Source of the DNA: Takakia lepidozioides
Lineage: Eukaryota; Plantae; Bryophyta
NCBI GenBank assembly: GCA_030704615.1
Contig: CM060733.1
Location: 19,902,001 to 19,966,000 of the forward strand
Direction: 5' to 3'
DNA length: 64,000 nt
Below the pieces are notes generated by a model that worked only from the letters and a program-made list of their open reading frames with translations, searched no databases and had not been told where the DNA came from. This document shows positions 1-10,368 of the stretch, in pieces. Each line of letters begins with the position of its first letter. The stretch's first letter is position 1. Both the position numbers and the translations under genes were made by a program.

Positions 1-924
1 AGGTGGTACCCTACAGAACTTGCACACAAAAGTGTTACTATATGGTGGTGTCACCCCAGGCTTGAATGGATTCTCACTGACACCATCCCATTCGCTATGG
101 TTTTGCACACCTGACAATGCGAAGTGTCTGCATTTCATGTTCTCGCATTTCAGGTGCCCATTACAGACTATTCGCCTGAATATGAGGTTGTCGTTGTTGT
201 GAATATTGGAGGTTTTTGTGCGGCACCAATGGTGCCCATCGTGCTTTTTGTCCATTCCTTCCAGGAGACTGGAAATTCCCCCCACGCGACCAGGAGGAGG
301 CAGCTCGAAAACAGTATTACCATCAAAAGATTCCGGCAAGAATGCCACCCTCTGAATATTGAAAGTGCTCCAGTCTATCCCCCTCAACTCACTCTTGAAC
401 CCTGCCATCCCACCCATGGCTTTCAGTTTAGGAATGACACTGGTGATCTCCTCCACATCTGCTTCTTCATGTGGACATGGCTGATCCATGGGCGGTAGTG
501 CACATGTGTCATCGGAGGATGAGTCCGAAAGCTCAACTACAGTGTTAACAGTACTCGTCTCCTTCTTGACAACCACGGGTGTTTTCTCCTGGGCCACTGA
601 TGTTGCCGTGCCAGGAGTTACGAACGATCCTGTAGACTGTCTCAGAGGAGCACTAAGCACCCTGTATCTGCCTAGAGGCACTCTCCATTGTGTGGTTGGT
701 GCAGTATGCGAAGGTTTCTGGAACGCGTACTTGAGCAGTTTTCCATTGGCATCGTACACTTCCCTCTGAAGGAATAGAGTTCCATTTTCCAACCGAAACT
801 GCGTTGCGAGGACGAGTTCATGCACCACCGCAAAACCATCATCTTCCACCTCGTAAGAAAATGGCACAGGGTGGTCCTCACTGAAGAAGTCCGCGTCAAG
901 GGAGCCCATGGCTTGGGAGGCCAT
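1..924 (-). CDS. Partial ORF (>308 aa, runs off the left edge) with a Cys/His-rich GCM/WRKY-like domain; probably a transposon protein
   Basis: Hand translation is open from ATG at 924 to position 1: ...LPESFDGNTVFELPP...GMDKKHDGHHWCRTKTSNI...FRRIVCNGHLKCENMKC...NHSEWDG...CKFCRVPP. It is missing from the ORF track because it has no stop in the window. The family assignment is inference. Confidence 0.6.
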   Translation of the reverse strand, partial: MASQAMGSLDADFFSEDHPVPFSYEVEDDGFAVVHELVLATQFRLENGTLFLQREVYDANGKLLKYAFQKPSHTAPTTQWRVPLGRYRVLSAPLRQSTGSFVTPGTATSVAQEKTPVVVKKETSTVNTVVELSDSSSDDTCALPPMDQPCPHEEADVEEITSVIPKLKAMGGMAGFKSELRGIDWSTFNIQRVAFLPESFDGNTVFELPPPGRVGGISSLLEGMDKKHDGHHWCRTKTSNIHNNDNLIFRRIVCNGHLKCENMKCRHFALSGVQNHSEWDGVSENPFKPGVTPPYSNTFVCKFCRVPP

Positions 925-2112
925 CTGCCAATGTTGCTTCTGAACGCAGAGTTCACCGTCCGATGGTGCTTCTGAATGCAGAGTGTATTAGAGCGAAGTT
1001 TTTGGCTACATAGAAGACGTCATTACACACAATTGCAGGTATCGGTCCTGCTTGCAGATCTCCTAACGCGGGTTGGCACATCAAAGAAATGTGTCCCCGT
1101 GCGAACCAAGCGGATGGTGACAGAGTGCCCAACTGCGGAGTGCATAATGTCAGCCCTAATGAAAGAATCCAACTGTTATTTTGCAGGTGCCCCAACAGTG
1201 CATTGGTTGAGAGGTTGACTGACAGAGCCGCCATTTGGCTGTCATGTCAGAGAGTCCAGAAGAGATGCCCATTTCCATTCAATTTTAACGGCACCTGCAT
1301 TGCTGTACAACTGTACATACTTGACATTCCTCTGAAACATCCCAAAAGATATTACCCAATAATGAACTTTTTCGGATGAGAGGAGTTTATACCCGAACGA
1401 ATTTTGGATGGAAGAGGAACTAATGATTTCCGCAGATATTCATAACGGTTAGATGGGCACGTGTTCGCCATGCATGTGGAATGAGCATGTGGCGAACAGG
1501 TTGTTCCGAGCGATCATTTTGGCGTTGAAGGCCTTGCGGTGACCCTCCCCTAGCCCTCTTTTTCCTTCTTTTCCTTATTGTCCTTGCAACCCTGGATTCT
1601 GCAGAGACGGTGACCCCACTCCGAGGGAGAAGCAAGCGTCGAAGAACACTTTATTTCACATCAAAGAAGCAAAGGGCATGCGCTAAGGAGAGGATGAGGA
1701 AGGCGAGACGGGAACTTAGAATGGGTGAAGAAACCTCCGGCGGAGATGAGAACGAAGGGCAAAACAGGATTTTGCAACCACATTTTGGAGATGAAGGTCT
1801 TGAAGTGATCCCGGAGGCGACCGAAGAGCAACCTCCAATAGAAGGGGGGGAGGATGAGGAAGTGAGTTGGGCTCGGGAGGAAGCACTGCGAGTGGAGAAC
1901 CAGGTCTCGAAAGAGCAGGGAGGAGAGATGGACGCGGAAACTCTGCCGTCTGCCCTTGTTTCGCACCACCGGGACCTCGGAAGCATGCTACCTCCAGACC
2001 ACATGGAAAAGTTGAATGCCTCAGGACCATCATCAAGTGCAAAGAAGAAACCGGAGGTGGCTATGAACTATCTTTTGCCTTTTCTGTTTTTGTCTTTTTC
2101 ATGCTAAACATA

Positions 2113-2647
2113 GAGGTCGACTTCAACCTTGCGTTGACGCAAGGTTGATTTCGACCTCCTAAGTATATGATGTGGGCATGAAAATAGTGCAGAAGCTGCC
2201 CTACAAACAAGCTATGCAGAGCTGGGGAAGATAAATGCTTCCGATGCATCATCAATTGCTAAGATGAAAGCAGAGAATGCAATCTACTTTTCCAATAGAT
2301 ATTTTGTTTGCTGAACACCAAATCGAGAGCTCCTAATCAACCTTGCATCAACGCAAGGTTGATGCCGACCTCCAGAGTGTATGTTTAGGGTTTAGGTGAA
2401 TCGAAGCAGATGCAGCACTCAAACCAACCTTGCGTTGACGCGAGGCTGATTTTGATGCCTCTTTTGTTCACTCCAAGAGGCCGAATTCTCGTACAATGAA
2501 CTGCAAGGTAGGGAAAATTGATTATTTGAAGCTCCCAGAAGAACCCTGCATCAACGCAAAGCATATATTGGGTTCAAAAGAAATTCCGAGATGCCTGTCA
2601 GACTAAGCTACATCCCCATCAATCAACCTTGCGTCAACGCAAGGTTG
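2113..2647. repeat. Cluster 1 of interspaced 24-bp palindromes CAACCTTGCGT-(TG/CA)-ACGCAAGGTTG (5 copies), intronic
   Basis: Copies at 2124-2147, 2338-2361, 2425-2448, 2541-2564 (degenerate) and 2624-2647. The first copy extends into a longer hairpin, 2113-2158 (gaggtcga...tcgacctc). Confidence 0.92.
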
Positions 2648-4517
2648 ATCCATGGGAGCTCAATCTGTCACTCACAGGATATTCATTCTTTGCAGAGGAA
2701 AAGAAAAAGGAAATCCGTCGGGGAAGATTTGGCAGTGTCAGAAGGTGATTTTGAGGAAGAGTCATTGGAGGGCCACTATGAAGACAAGGCCAAGGAGATT
2801 ATGGGTGGGCAAAAAGTGAACTCGTCGAAGGTGATTCTGTCGATGGAGGTTCCCGGCGGAAACTTGGTCATTCCGCTTTGCAGGATGATCTCCATGCCCG
2901 CTGTTCGACCAGCATTGAGGAATGACATCACGAAGTTGAAGAACAACTTTGTTCACGGCTATGTCAAGGGATCTGCAGTGTTCTACGTATCCACTATGAA
3001 CACGAAAGGAGAGGAGTGTCTTGTAACGGAGGACATTGAGCAAAGTTGGGATGCTGCTGGCGGGATGTAAACAGGGAGTTCGAGTTTAAGCTGTCCAAAA
3101 AGACCTCCACAAAAGCATTTATGGGAAAGATGTTTTTTGTCTAGGATGGGAACCACAGACTGCTTGCCTGGATGGATTACATTTCAAGCATGCATACGGA
3201 CGACATCGAATGGCACTGGAGCGTGGTTTCCATGGTTCTCGACCACAAAGGACGTGTCACGCAGCTCCTTACAGCCATGCACGACATAAACAAGTAATTT
3301 GCCAACATTGTGTCTGTTCCGAGTTCCCACAATTTGGAATCCACTTATGAGTTGAAGGTTTTTCCAGGTCCAATGAAACCTCTCATGTGACGACCAATCT
3401 CTGCTTCCGCATCCAGAAGATAGGGCTGATGCCATTGGATTCATTCACGAACGTGCTCAATCCTCAGCAGATGAAGAGGTGTGCTGAGAAGAAGACAAGC
3501 ACATGGTACAGCTTGACAAGAGAGGCTTTTCTTGACTACATGTACACTGTAAGCTTCTTGACACTTGTTTGCTTGTTGTTACTGCAGATTTTGTCAAGAA
3601 ACGCCAGTGTTTGATTCTTTTACCTGTTATGAATGCAAGCAAGAAATAACAGAAACTGGTTTGAAGGCGAAAGCTGAGTACTATGATTCCCACACAGAAG
3701 AGCAGAGGTCTGCAACTGGGCTTGAGAACATGATGAAATTCGAGATGAACAATCAAAGGAAGAACCTCATGAGTGCATTCGACAAACAAATCCGGATAGC
3801 AGATCCAGGTCTTGGCACGGAATTTCTGGAGCAGGTGAAAGCACATTATGACAAGTATGGCTTTAAGCCAGAAATGACTCAAGAGAAACTACATCGCCTT
3901 TCCATTTCAATGGTGGACAATGCAACCAAAATCAGGTGGTTGGAGATCTGGAATTCGGATCCACTTGTGAGAGACACCAACATGTTCCCAACTCCTGAGA
4001 GGGACTCGAAGACACAAGCAATAAAAGTTGTTAGCGACCACACATTCGACCAGTGGCTACACAAAGCCACATTCTGGAGCCAGGTATGGTTTCCAAAACC
4101 ATTTTCAGAAAGTAGTGTTGCTCCGTAATGTCTCGCGAATTCTTATGAGCTTTCTTGTTGCAGTTAGAAAAACGTGCAGTCGCTGCATTTGGGGAGTCCA
4201 TGGCAGACTACAAAATCCAGATGGCTTGCCCCCGGATCACACTGGAGGCCTACATCAGGAGATGGAAGCTCGCTGTCTGGAACAACTGCTTCTTCAGGGA
4301 GTTTGAGAAAGACAAAGGAATCTCCAGGTCATACGAATTCAAAAACTAGTACAACAGCGAGCAAGCAATGAAACGAGTGTTGTACAAGTGTGACCTCCTT
4401 GAAACAAATTTGGTACTTGAAGGGCATGTTTCTGCATTCTTGTGTTGTACTTTCTATATAACAGCTCGAATTTGCAGGTTATGAGGGAGCTCTGAGGGCT
4501 CTGGATGTGCAATCGAG

Positions 4518-5138
4518 CAACATTGCGTTAACGCAAGCTTGTATCCCGTTGTTTTGGTTTCAATTTCCTATAGGTGGGGTCTCCCATAATGCCATTTTTC
4601 TCCATGTGAAAGGTGAAAAACTGACAGGAAAATTAGCCTTGCGTCAACGCAAGGTTGATGAAGGGCCAGGCTATGTAGGTTTACCTGGGTTTTTGGGCTA
4701 TAATTTGCTGTCATTTCCAGTTTCAATGCTGCCAAGATGAACATAAAGTCTGTTTGGAGTCTGTTTGAAATGCTATTTAGAGCTTATTCTGTACCATCAA
4801 ACAGACTTGCGTTGACGCAACGTTGTTTGGTGGTATGGATTGCTAGAAATGTCCCGCAGCAATACCCTGATTTCCATACAATTGTAGGAAAGTTGTGGTT
4901 GTCAGATACCATGGACATGTGTTTCAACAGAGGAAATCAACATTGCGCCAACGCAATGTTGAATATCCGTACCAGTAGATATTCGAAATGATGTTTTCAA
5001 GCACTGTTTTCCATTTCCACTGTAAATGAAAACAACCTTGCGTTGAAGCAATGTTGAATTGCCCTTGTCAAAGAACAGTTCTCCGCATTTTGTGTTTCCC
5101 ATTTCTGCTCGATTCAACATTGCGTCAACGCAAGGTTG
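4518..5138. repeat. Cluster 2 of the same 24-bp palindrome (6 copies), intronic
   Basis: Copies at 4518-4541, 4634-4657, 4802-4825, 4938-4961, 5033-5056 and 5115-5138. Confidence 0.92.
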
Positions 5139-7755
5139 ATTCGGGACTGCAAAGGTGATTTCTGCGTGTTGCTTTCCTGCATTTCAATATCCTTTTCCTG
5201 ATGTGTGAGCTGTTTCATTTTCAGATCGAATGACTGCCTGGATTTTGTGTGTGTGATTCAGGTACATGTATCATGTCCTCATACCGGGAAAGTACCTTAG
5301 CGATGACCCAGACTTCATCTACTCATGGGCTGACCCCTCCAATGACAAGACAATGTACACGGCTGGTATTGCCAGAGACTGGAGCAGGGCGCACTTCAGA
5401 GACTGTGGGTGGTACCTCGACCTGCCAAAACAAGACACACCATTCGATGAAGTTGTTTTGAGAAACCTGAACGACAACGCAGCAGCAATTGCCCCACTGG
5501 CTAACAAAGACATTCAGGATAGAATCATTTCTGCTCTAGTTGCAAAAGAGCCCGAGAAATCTACTACTCCAAAACGAAAGGGGAAGATTGTCGGGGATCC
5601 AAAGGGGAAGGGGAAAAGTGCAGCTCCTCAAGGACAGGGACCGTCAGAGGTCCCTGAAAGACAGCCTTCTCCAACTAGGAGGGATAGGAGAACATCAAAG
5701 TTGAGGGAGCAGCCTTTCGAGGCGAGAGAACATCCCTCTAGGGTTTTGGGACAGTTCAATCGTCAGGTGCTGAATGAAAGTTTACTTGCAATGATGGAGT
5801 CCAGGAAGTCCACATTCAAAGGGGTGCCCTCGAAATCATGGGACATGCTTGTTTCGTTCCTCACTCAGGTAAGCACATATGTCTTAACTATTGTATGAGT
5901 GATTTTGGTTTGGCCACTTGTTCTGACTTATCCAGGGTGTTGATCTCGTGCTGGATTTGGATTTGGCTTCTTACACTGTCTCCTGTTTTTTGCTGAAGGT
6001 CACAAAAAGTCCGGATTGGGTGAATGGAGTTCAGCAGGCATACGCGACTAACCTTGTGGTGCTGGACATTCCTGACGGTTTTCCTGTCCCTGATGTGTTC
6101 CCTTCCAATTCGACCCCGACTTGGAACAAATCGGATTCTCGTTACTGGCAGTGGGCTTTCTCATTCAGCAACAAATTCCTTTTTGACTCGGGGGCTCTTC
6201 TTCTCATGCAGTCAAAGGACACGTCGGCACGAAGAACTCTTTTCAGCTACATGAAAGCTTCCGGGTTTCGTGTCATCAAAACTTGGACATGCATCAATGC
6301 TCTGCCTCTTACGAAGGGTGAGTTCCCGGGGCAGAAAGTGAGTTGGTTCCTCTCAATTAAAGTTTCATGGTTTTTCAGTAAATCAAAAGGTAGGTTGTGT
6401 CTTTTGCCTCATGCTCTCTTCGTGATTATTGACAGACTCGAGTGTTCGAAGCTTTGTGCCTGGTGAGGCGGAAGGACACTCTTCCTCCTGGTGTTGCTGA
6501 GTTCCAGTTGAGGGACCTTGCAGCTCACATTGACCCCACCTGCGAGCCTGTGGAGGATGATGTTATCTTCAATTACGTCGACTCGGGTCGAACTATGAAA
6601 AGGTCGATTGGTGTCCCTTGGAGAGGTGCACGGGAGAAATCTCCAGCTTTCATGCAGACTTGGGTGGAGACATGCAGCCGTCATGGTGGACGAGTGGTTG
6701 ACTTGTCTATGGGCACAGGTGGGGCCCTTCACATTGTGTTTGACATATGGGCAGTGACCTTAGGGAAGCCCTGTTTTAATTTCTCGTTCGTCTTGGATTT
6801 GCAGGAGCATCTTTTCATGCTTGCAAGAGCGCTGGAAGGCACTTCTTTGGCATGGAGGCTGATACGGAGCTCTTCTCAAGCGAGCTTCGTCAGCTTGAGT
6901 CCGGCACTACTTCTGCCCCATCCACATAGGGACTTCTGGAGGAGCCCGAAGCGCCTGAGGAGGATCTCGACGTGGACTACGATTTTGAGTGTGAGTAAGT
7001 TCGGCTGTAGTCGTGCAAAATATGTTGCATTTACTTGTGTCATTCCCGTTTGACAGATGGTTGCTTACATTGTCTATATCTGGATGTTAACATCTACCAC
7101 CATTCCTCTTCTTGCTTTCCGGCACCAGTCATCGAATCAGCAGACACCTTTCGGTTTCCAAGGATACTACATGTCCCCGAGTCCCCCTAGAGCTTACCGC
7201 TTGCCGGTTTACGCTGAAGCTTGCGCACGGGTATTATCCCAACAATCAATGTATTCGCATCTACATGAAGGTCGTGGAAAAAAAAAACGTCGCGGATGTG
7301 CTGCTGTATTCATAGATGATATTGTTGTAAACTCTGGAAGTGGTTCCTCTGAAACCTCCAATAGTTCTTGAGGTTCAAGTACCGAGGCTCAATAAATTGT
7401 GTTTTGGTTTTGCTTCCATCCCCAAACTGTTTTTCTAGTTCTTTGCGCGTTCCCGTAAGTACAGATAGGGATTGCCTGGGGTAGGTCTTCGGAATCCGGA
7501 ATTGAAAAATGTTTGTGGGTTGGAATGAATGTACTGCTTTGCAAAACAAAAGGGTTTGCTTTTAATATTCAGTTCTCTAGTGGGCGATCTCCTCATTCCA
7601 AAGGGATGACCTCAATCATAAACCATCCGCAAACCTGCCATTGTTCTCGGCTAGAAAGAATATTCATGTGGGGGCAATGAAGAGGGATAAAAAATAAGGA
7701 TCCGCGGTAATAGGGGAAGCCAAGGGGAAAGCAAGGTATTAGGGCCTAAACACGT

Positions 7756-8219
7756 GGATGCTTGCTTACGTGGCGTGAGCGAAGCCAGGCTCACAGGCTC
7801 ACGCGCAAGCATCCCCCCGTGCGGCCGCCACCACCCGAAAAAAAACAAAAAAACCAATGTTTGGCGCTTCGCCACGTGGCGCCTGCCAGTGCGTGCGGAA
7901 CGTGGCAGGCCAGGACGCGCACGTGCGGGCTGTACCGCCTGGCCGTGTGGCGATGCGCCGAGGTGCGGCCGAAATCCCAAAAAAATAAAAAAATAAAAAT
8001 TGGCGCCTTGTGTTTGACCTAATCCGTGGTTGAGAGTTAGGTCAAATGACACTCCATCACAAAATAAAGGGAGGGTTTATGGCGGCGCCTTGGGGTTAGG
8101 TCAAACCTCACCGCCGTTGGATCACGATAAGCCAATAGCAAAGATCTTGGCGATCGAACGGACGGTGTGCGGCTTAACTCCGCGATGCGCCGCACGCCCT
8201 CTGTTCGATCGTCAAGATC
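7756..8219. repeat. GC-rich cluster of inverted repeats/hairpins
   Basis: ggatgcttgc..gcgtgagc / gctcacgc-gcaagcatcc (7756-7814); ggcgcttcgccacgtggc / gccgtgtggcgatgcgcc enclosing gcctgcca / tggcaggc (7863-7959); tttgacctaa / ttaggtcaaa (~8014-8047); gatcttggcgatcgaac..gtgcggc / gccgcac..gttcgatcgtcaagatc (8143-8219). Confidence 0.75.
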
Positions 8220-8978
8220 ATTTGACGGGTCGCGGGCTCTCTACGTCCGTCAGATTTGTGACAGTCCTAATCAACGGTTGGAGCACTTGATCCATGTGGT
8301 GTATTCTTAATCATTTGCATTGGCGCATTAACAGCGCCCTGACCACCGCCAGATCTGCTGGGAGTCCATATCCACGGCGGGAACACTCCATCCTTGTGCT
8401 CGTTTACGCACCTCTGTGAGTGTACCACGTACACCACACGTTAGGTAGAGGCATATATAATCTGTCATTCTGCACTCATGCGTCCTTTTTTTTTCTCTCT
8501 TGCTCTGTCCTCCAGTCTGTCCTCCTCAGTCCATCCTATTTGTGTACCTTTGCATCTTTTTTTGTGTACCTTTGCATCAGCCAATATTCTCATGAGTATT
8601 TGCCTTGAGCTTTAGGGTTTACCAGAACATCTATTCATGTACAGACACGAGTTCATCGTGTAGTCAGATTATGTTCAAGCACATTAGTGTTTGTTTTAGG
8701 TTTTAGAGATTTCAAGGTTTGTTTCATTTCTTCGTTACATACCTTAGTCTCCCTACATTTTTACAGTTATCTTTATTTAACTATCATCCATGCCTCATCC
8801 ACTTGGATGATTATTCATCCATAGTAATGTCGACATTAGTGTCAAGGTCTGGCAGATTGTTGTTTAAAAACAAGCTAAAGTCTCATCACTTGACCTTCAC
8901 TCTGTCCCACATCACATCAAATACCTAAAAGTACCTACTAGTGCATCTGAATATGATAACATGTCATCTTCTTCACTT

Positions 8979-8980
<2 letters not shown>

Positions 8981-9010
<30 letters not shown>
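8981..9010. repeat. Poly-T tract (30 nt)
   Basis: Direct reading. Confidence 0.95.
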
Positions 9011-9060
9011 CCCTGGGTCTTCATTAACATATTCACCTGATTTATTGAATGACTCTATAT

Positions 9061-9356
9061 TAGGATATCCAGTAAAGGCTGTTATTTTTTTTCTATCTAT
9101 CTTTATCCGTCGAGACTAAAGAACGTCGACATTCATATCGACGTTCTATTTTTTACATCATTTCTTATTTTTCTTGGTCCTCATCGACATATCCACATGA
9201 CATATTCTAATTCTCTTAATATTTCTTCATCGGTCGGAGTTTTCTTTATTTCTATCTCTTAATTAGGATATTCCGCTACAGTCATTCTATTTTTCCTATT
9301 TATCTCTATCAGTAGAGACTAAGGAACGTTGACATTCATTTCGACGTTCTGTCTTT
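9061..9356. repeat. Diverged ~92-bp direct repeat pair, each copy with a GAACGTCGA-N8-TCGACGTTC-type hairpin
   Basis: 9061-9152 versus 9264-9356 (taggatat...gagactaa(a/g)gaacgt(c/t)gacattcat(a/t)tcgacgttct). Confidence 0.75.
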
Positions 9357-9437
9357 TCTCGCAATGGATTCCTTATCATCTGGTCTCAAATCTTTCTGTG
9401 TCACAAAACGACGAGGGTTGTAGACAACTATCTGAAT

Positions 9438-9785
9438 GTGACTAGTGAAGGTCAGTGTCATGGGCGTCCATTGACCTCATTAACAATTAGTGTGATAATC
9501 ACTACATTTGAGAATGGCTATGGGACGATGCAATTGTCATATCCTCATATGGATGCAGACACACTAACTGAGGCTCTTGGGACACCTGTCATGTGGGATT
9601 TGTGTGACATCTCTTTGGACTATCCTAACTCTAGTCCAGAATGTCATTTCTCGTCCAAAGATGGAGATGGATCATAAGAATCCGTGGATGGAGAAAATCC
9701 TCAGAGCCCTCTTGGAAGAAGTAATTGGAGAAATCGTATGTGTATCCTCTTAACGGAAAAAGGCGGTGACATCTACGAGGGAAGA
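9438..9785 (+). pseudogene. 5' part of a DNA-transposon ORF interrupted by the Gypsy insertion; continues at 33420
   Basis: Removing 9786-33419 and one AAGA copy joins ...CILLTEKGGDIYEGR|IHAC..PDEVVLCDKLGEDYVGVLLSR..KWPL, with one frameshift. Confidence 0.6.
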
Positions 9786-9870
9786 TGTCGTGCGCATACA
9801 TATCGCTACACAACTACATCGCTGTCCAAACCACACCACACATATATGCACAATAAAGTAGTCTGCCACA
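9786..9870 (-). repeat. 85-bp repeat A, terminal copy
   Basis: tgtcgtgcgcatac...gtctgccaca; appears identical to 10231-10315. Confidence 0.95.
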
Positions 9871-9871
9871 A

Positions 9872-10228
9872 TGATAAGAAAGCTTGGAAAGACACACACT
9901 CTCAACACAAGAAATGTGAAATCCCTCAACATCACTCGTTAAAACAGTAGTCGAGCCAGGGGCACCCCAAGCTATGGGGACTCCACCCCACAACAACCTA
10001 CACTCCCATCATGAGTACACTCAGATCTAAACGCATGCAGGAGCCCGGTCGCGCAGGCTCAACTCGAGAGAGATGAGCTGCGCGATTGCCGCTCTCGTGA
10101 AGATAAGACGGACCAGGTGTCAAACTAAACTTGACACCTGATTTAACACTTGACCTAAATCCAAGTGTTAAATACAAATAACTAGTTTTATTCTAGCTGT
10201 TTTCACACTGTGCTTATTTAACTTGACA
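9872..10228 (-). repeat. 357-bp repeat B, 3' copy
   Basis: Matches 33063-33419; I see 2 substitutions, both C/T. Confidence 0.95.
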
Positions 10229-10230
10229 GC

Positions 10231-10315
10231 TGTCGTGCGCATACATATCGCTACACAACTACATCGCTGTCCAAACCACACCACACATATATGCACAATA
10301 AAGTAGTCTGCCACA
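10231..10315 (-). repeat. 85-bp repeat A, inner copy next to the PPT
   Basis: Separated from repeat B by GC, within the palindrome GACAGCTGTC (10225-10234). Confidence 0.95.
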
Positions 10316-10368
10316 ATCGCCCCCCTAGCTGGTGGATAGGTCCCTCTACCTCCAGATAGCTACAAGAT

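Larger units (their letters stand above)
1721..6929 (+). pseudogene. Multi-exon gene fusing a ParB/Srx-like domain to a beta-class amino (N4C/N6A) DNA methyltransferase-like domain; carries a few disabling lesions
   Basis: ParB-like MFFV*DGNHRLLAW (DGNHR at 3145-3159). MTase motif IV position LVVLDIPDG (6065-6076). Motifs X-I-II read REKSPAFMQTWVETCSRHGGRVVDLSMGTG|ASFHACKSAGRHFFGMEAD across GT-AG intron 6719-6804. Other likely introns: 2057-2677, ~3293-3368, ~4084-4163, ~4413-5261, ~5869-5998, ~6338-6434. Lesions: frameshift at ~3055 and in-frame TAG at 3142 and 4347. Confidence 0.75.
1..8020. mobile_element. Putative large DNA transposon (right part) carrying the GCM-like and ParB-MTase genes
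   Basis: Divergent TE-type genes, internal palindromes and a GC-rich hairpin block at 7.75-8.0 kb. No terminus or TSD can be verified because the other end lies outside the window. Confidence 0.4.

Noticed and set aside
930-985. Short duplication tgcttctgaa(c/t)gcagagt
   Set aside because: Only two ~20-bp copies, with no further structure.
2124-5138. CRISPR array interpretation of the palindromes
   Set aside because: Spacers are long and irregular (about 58-190 bp), orientation is mixed, the context is eukaryotic introns, and no cas-like ORF is seen.
8981-9010. Poly-T as the tail of a retroposed element
   Set aside because: No TSD or adjacent SINE/LINE/retrogene body was identified.
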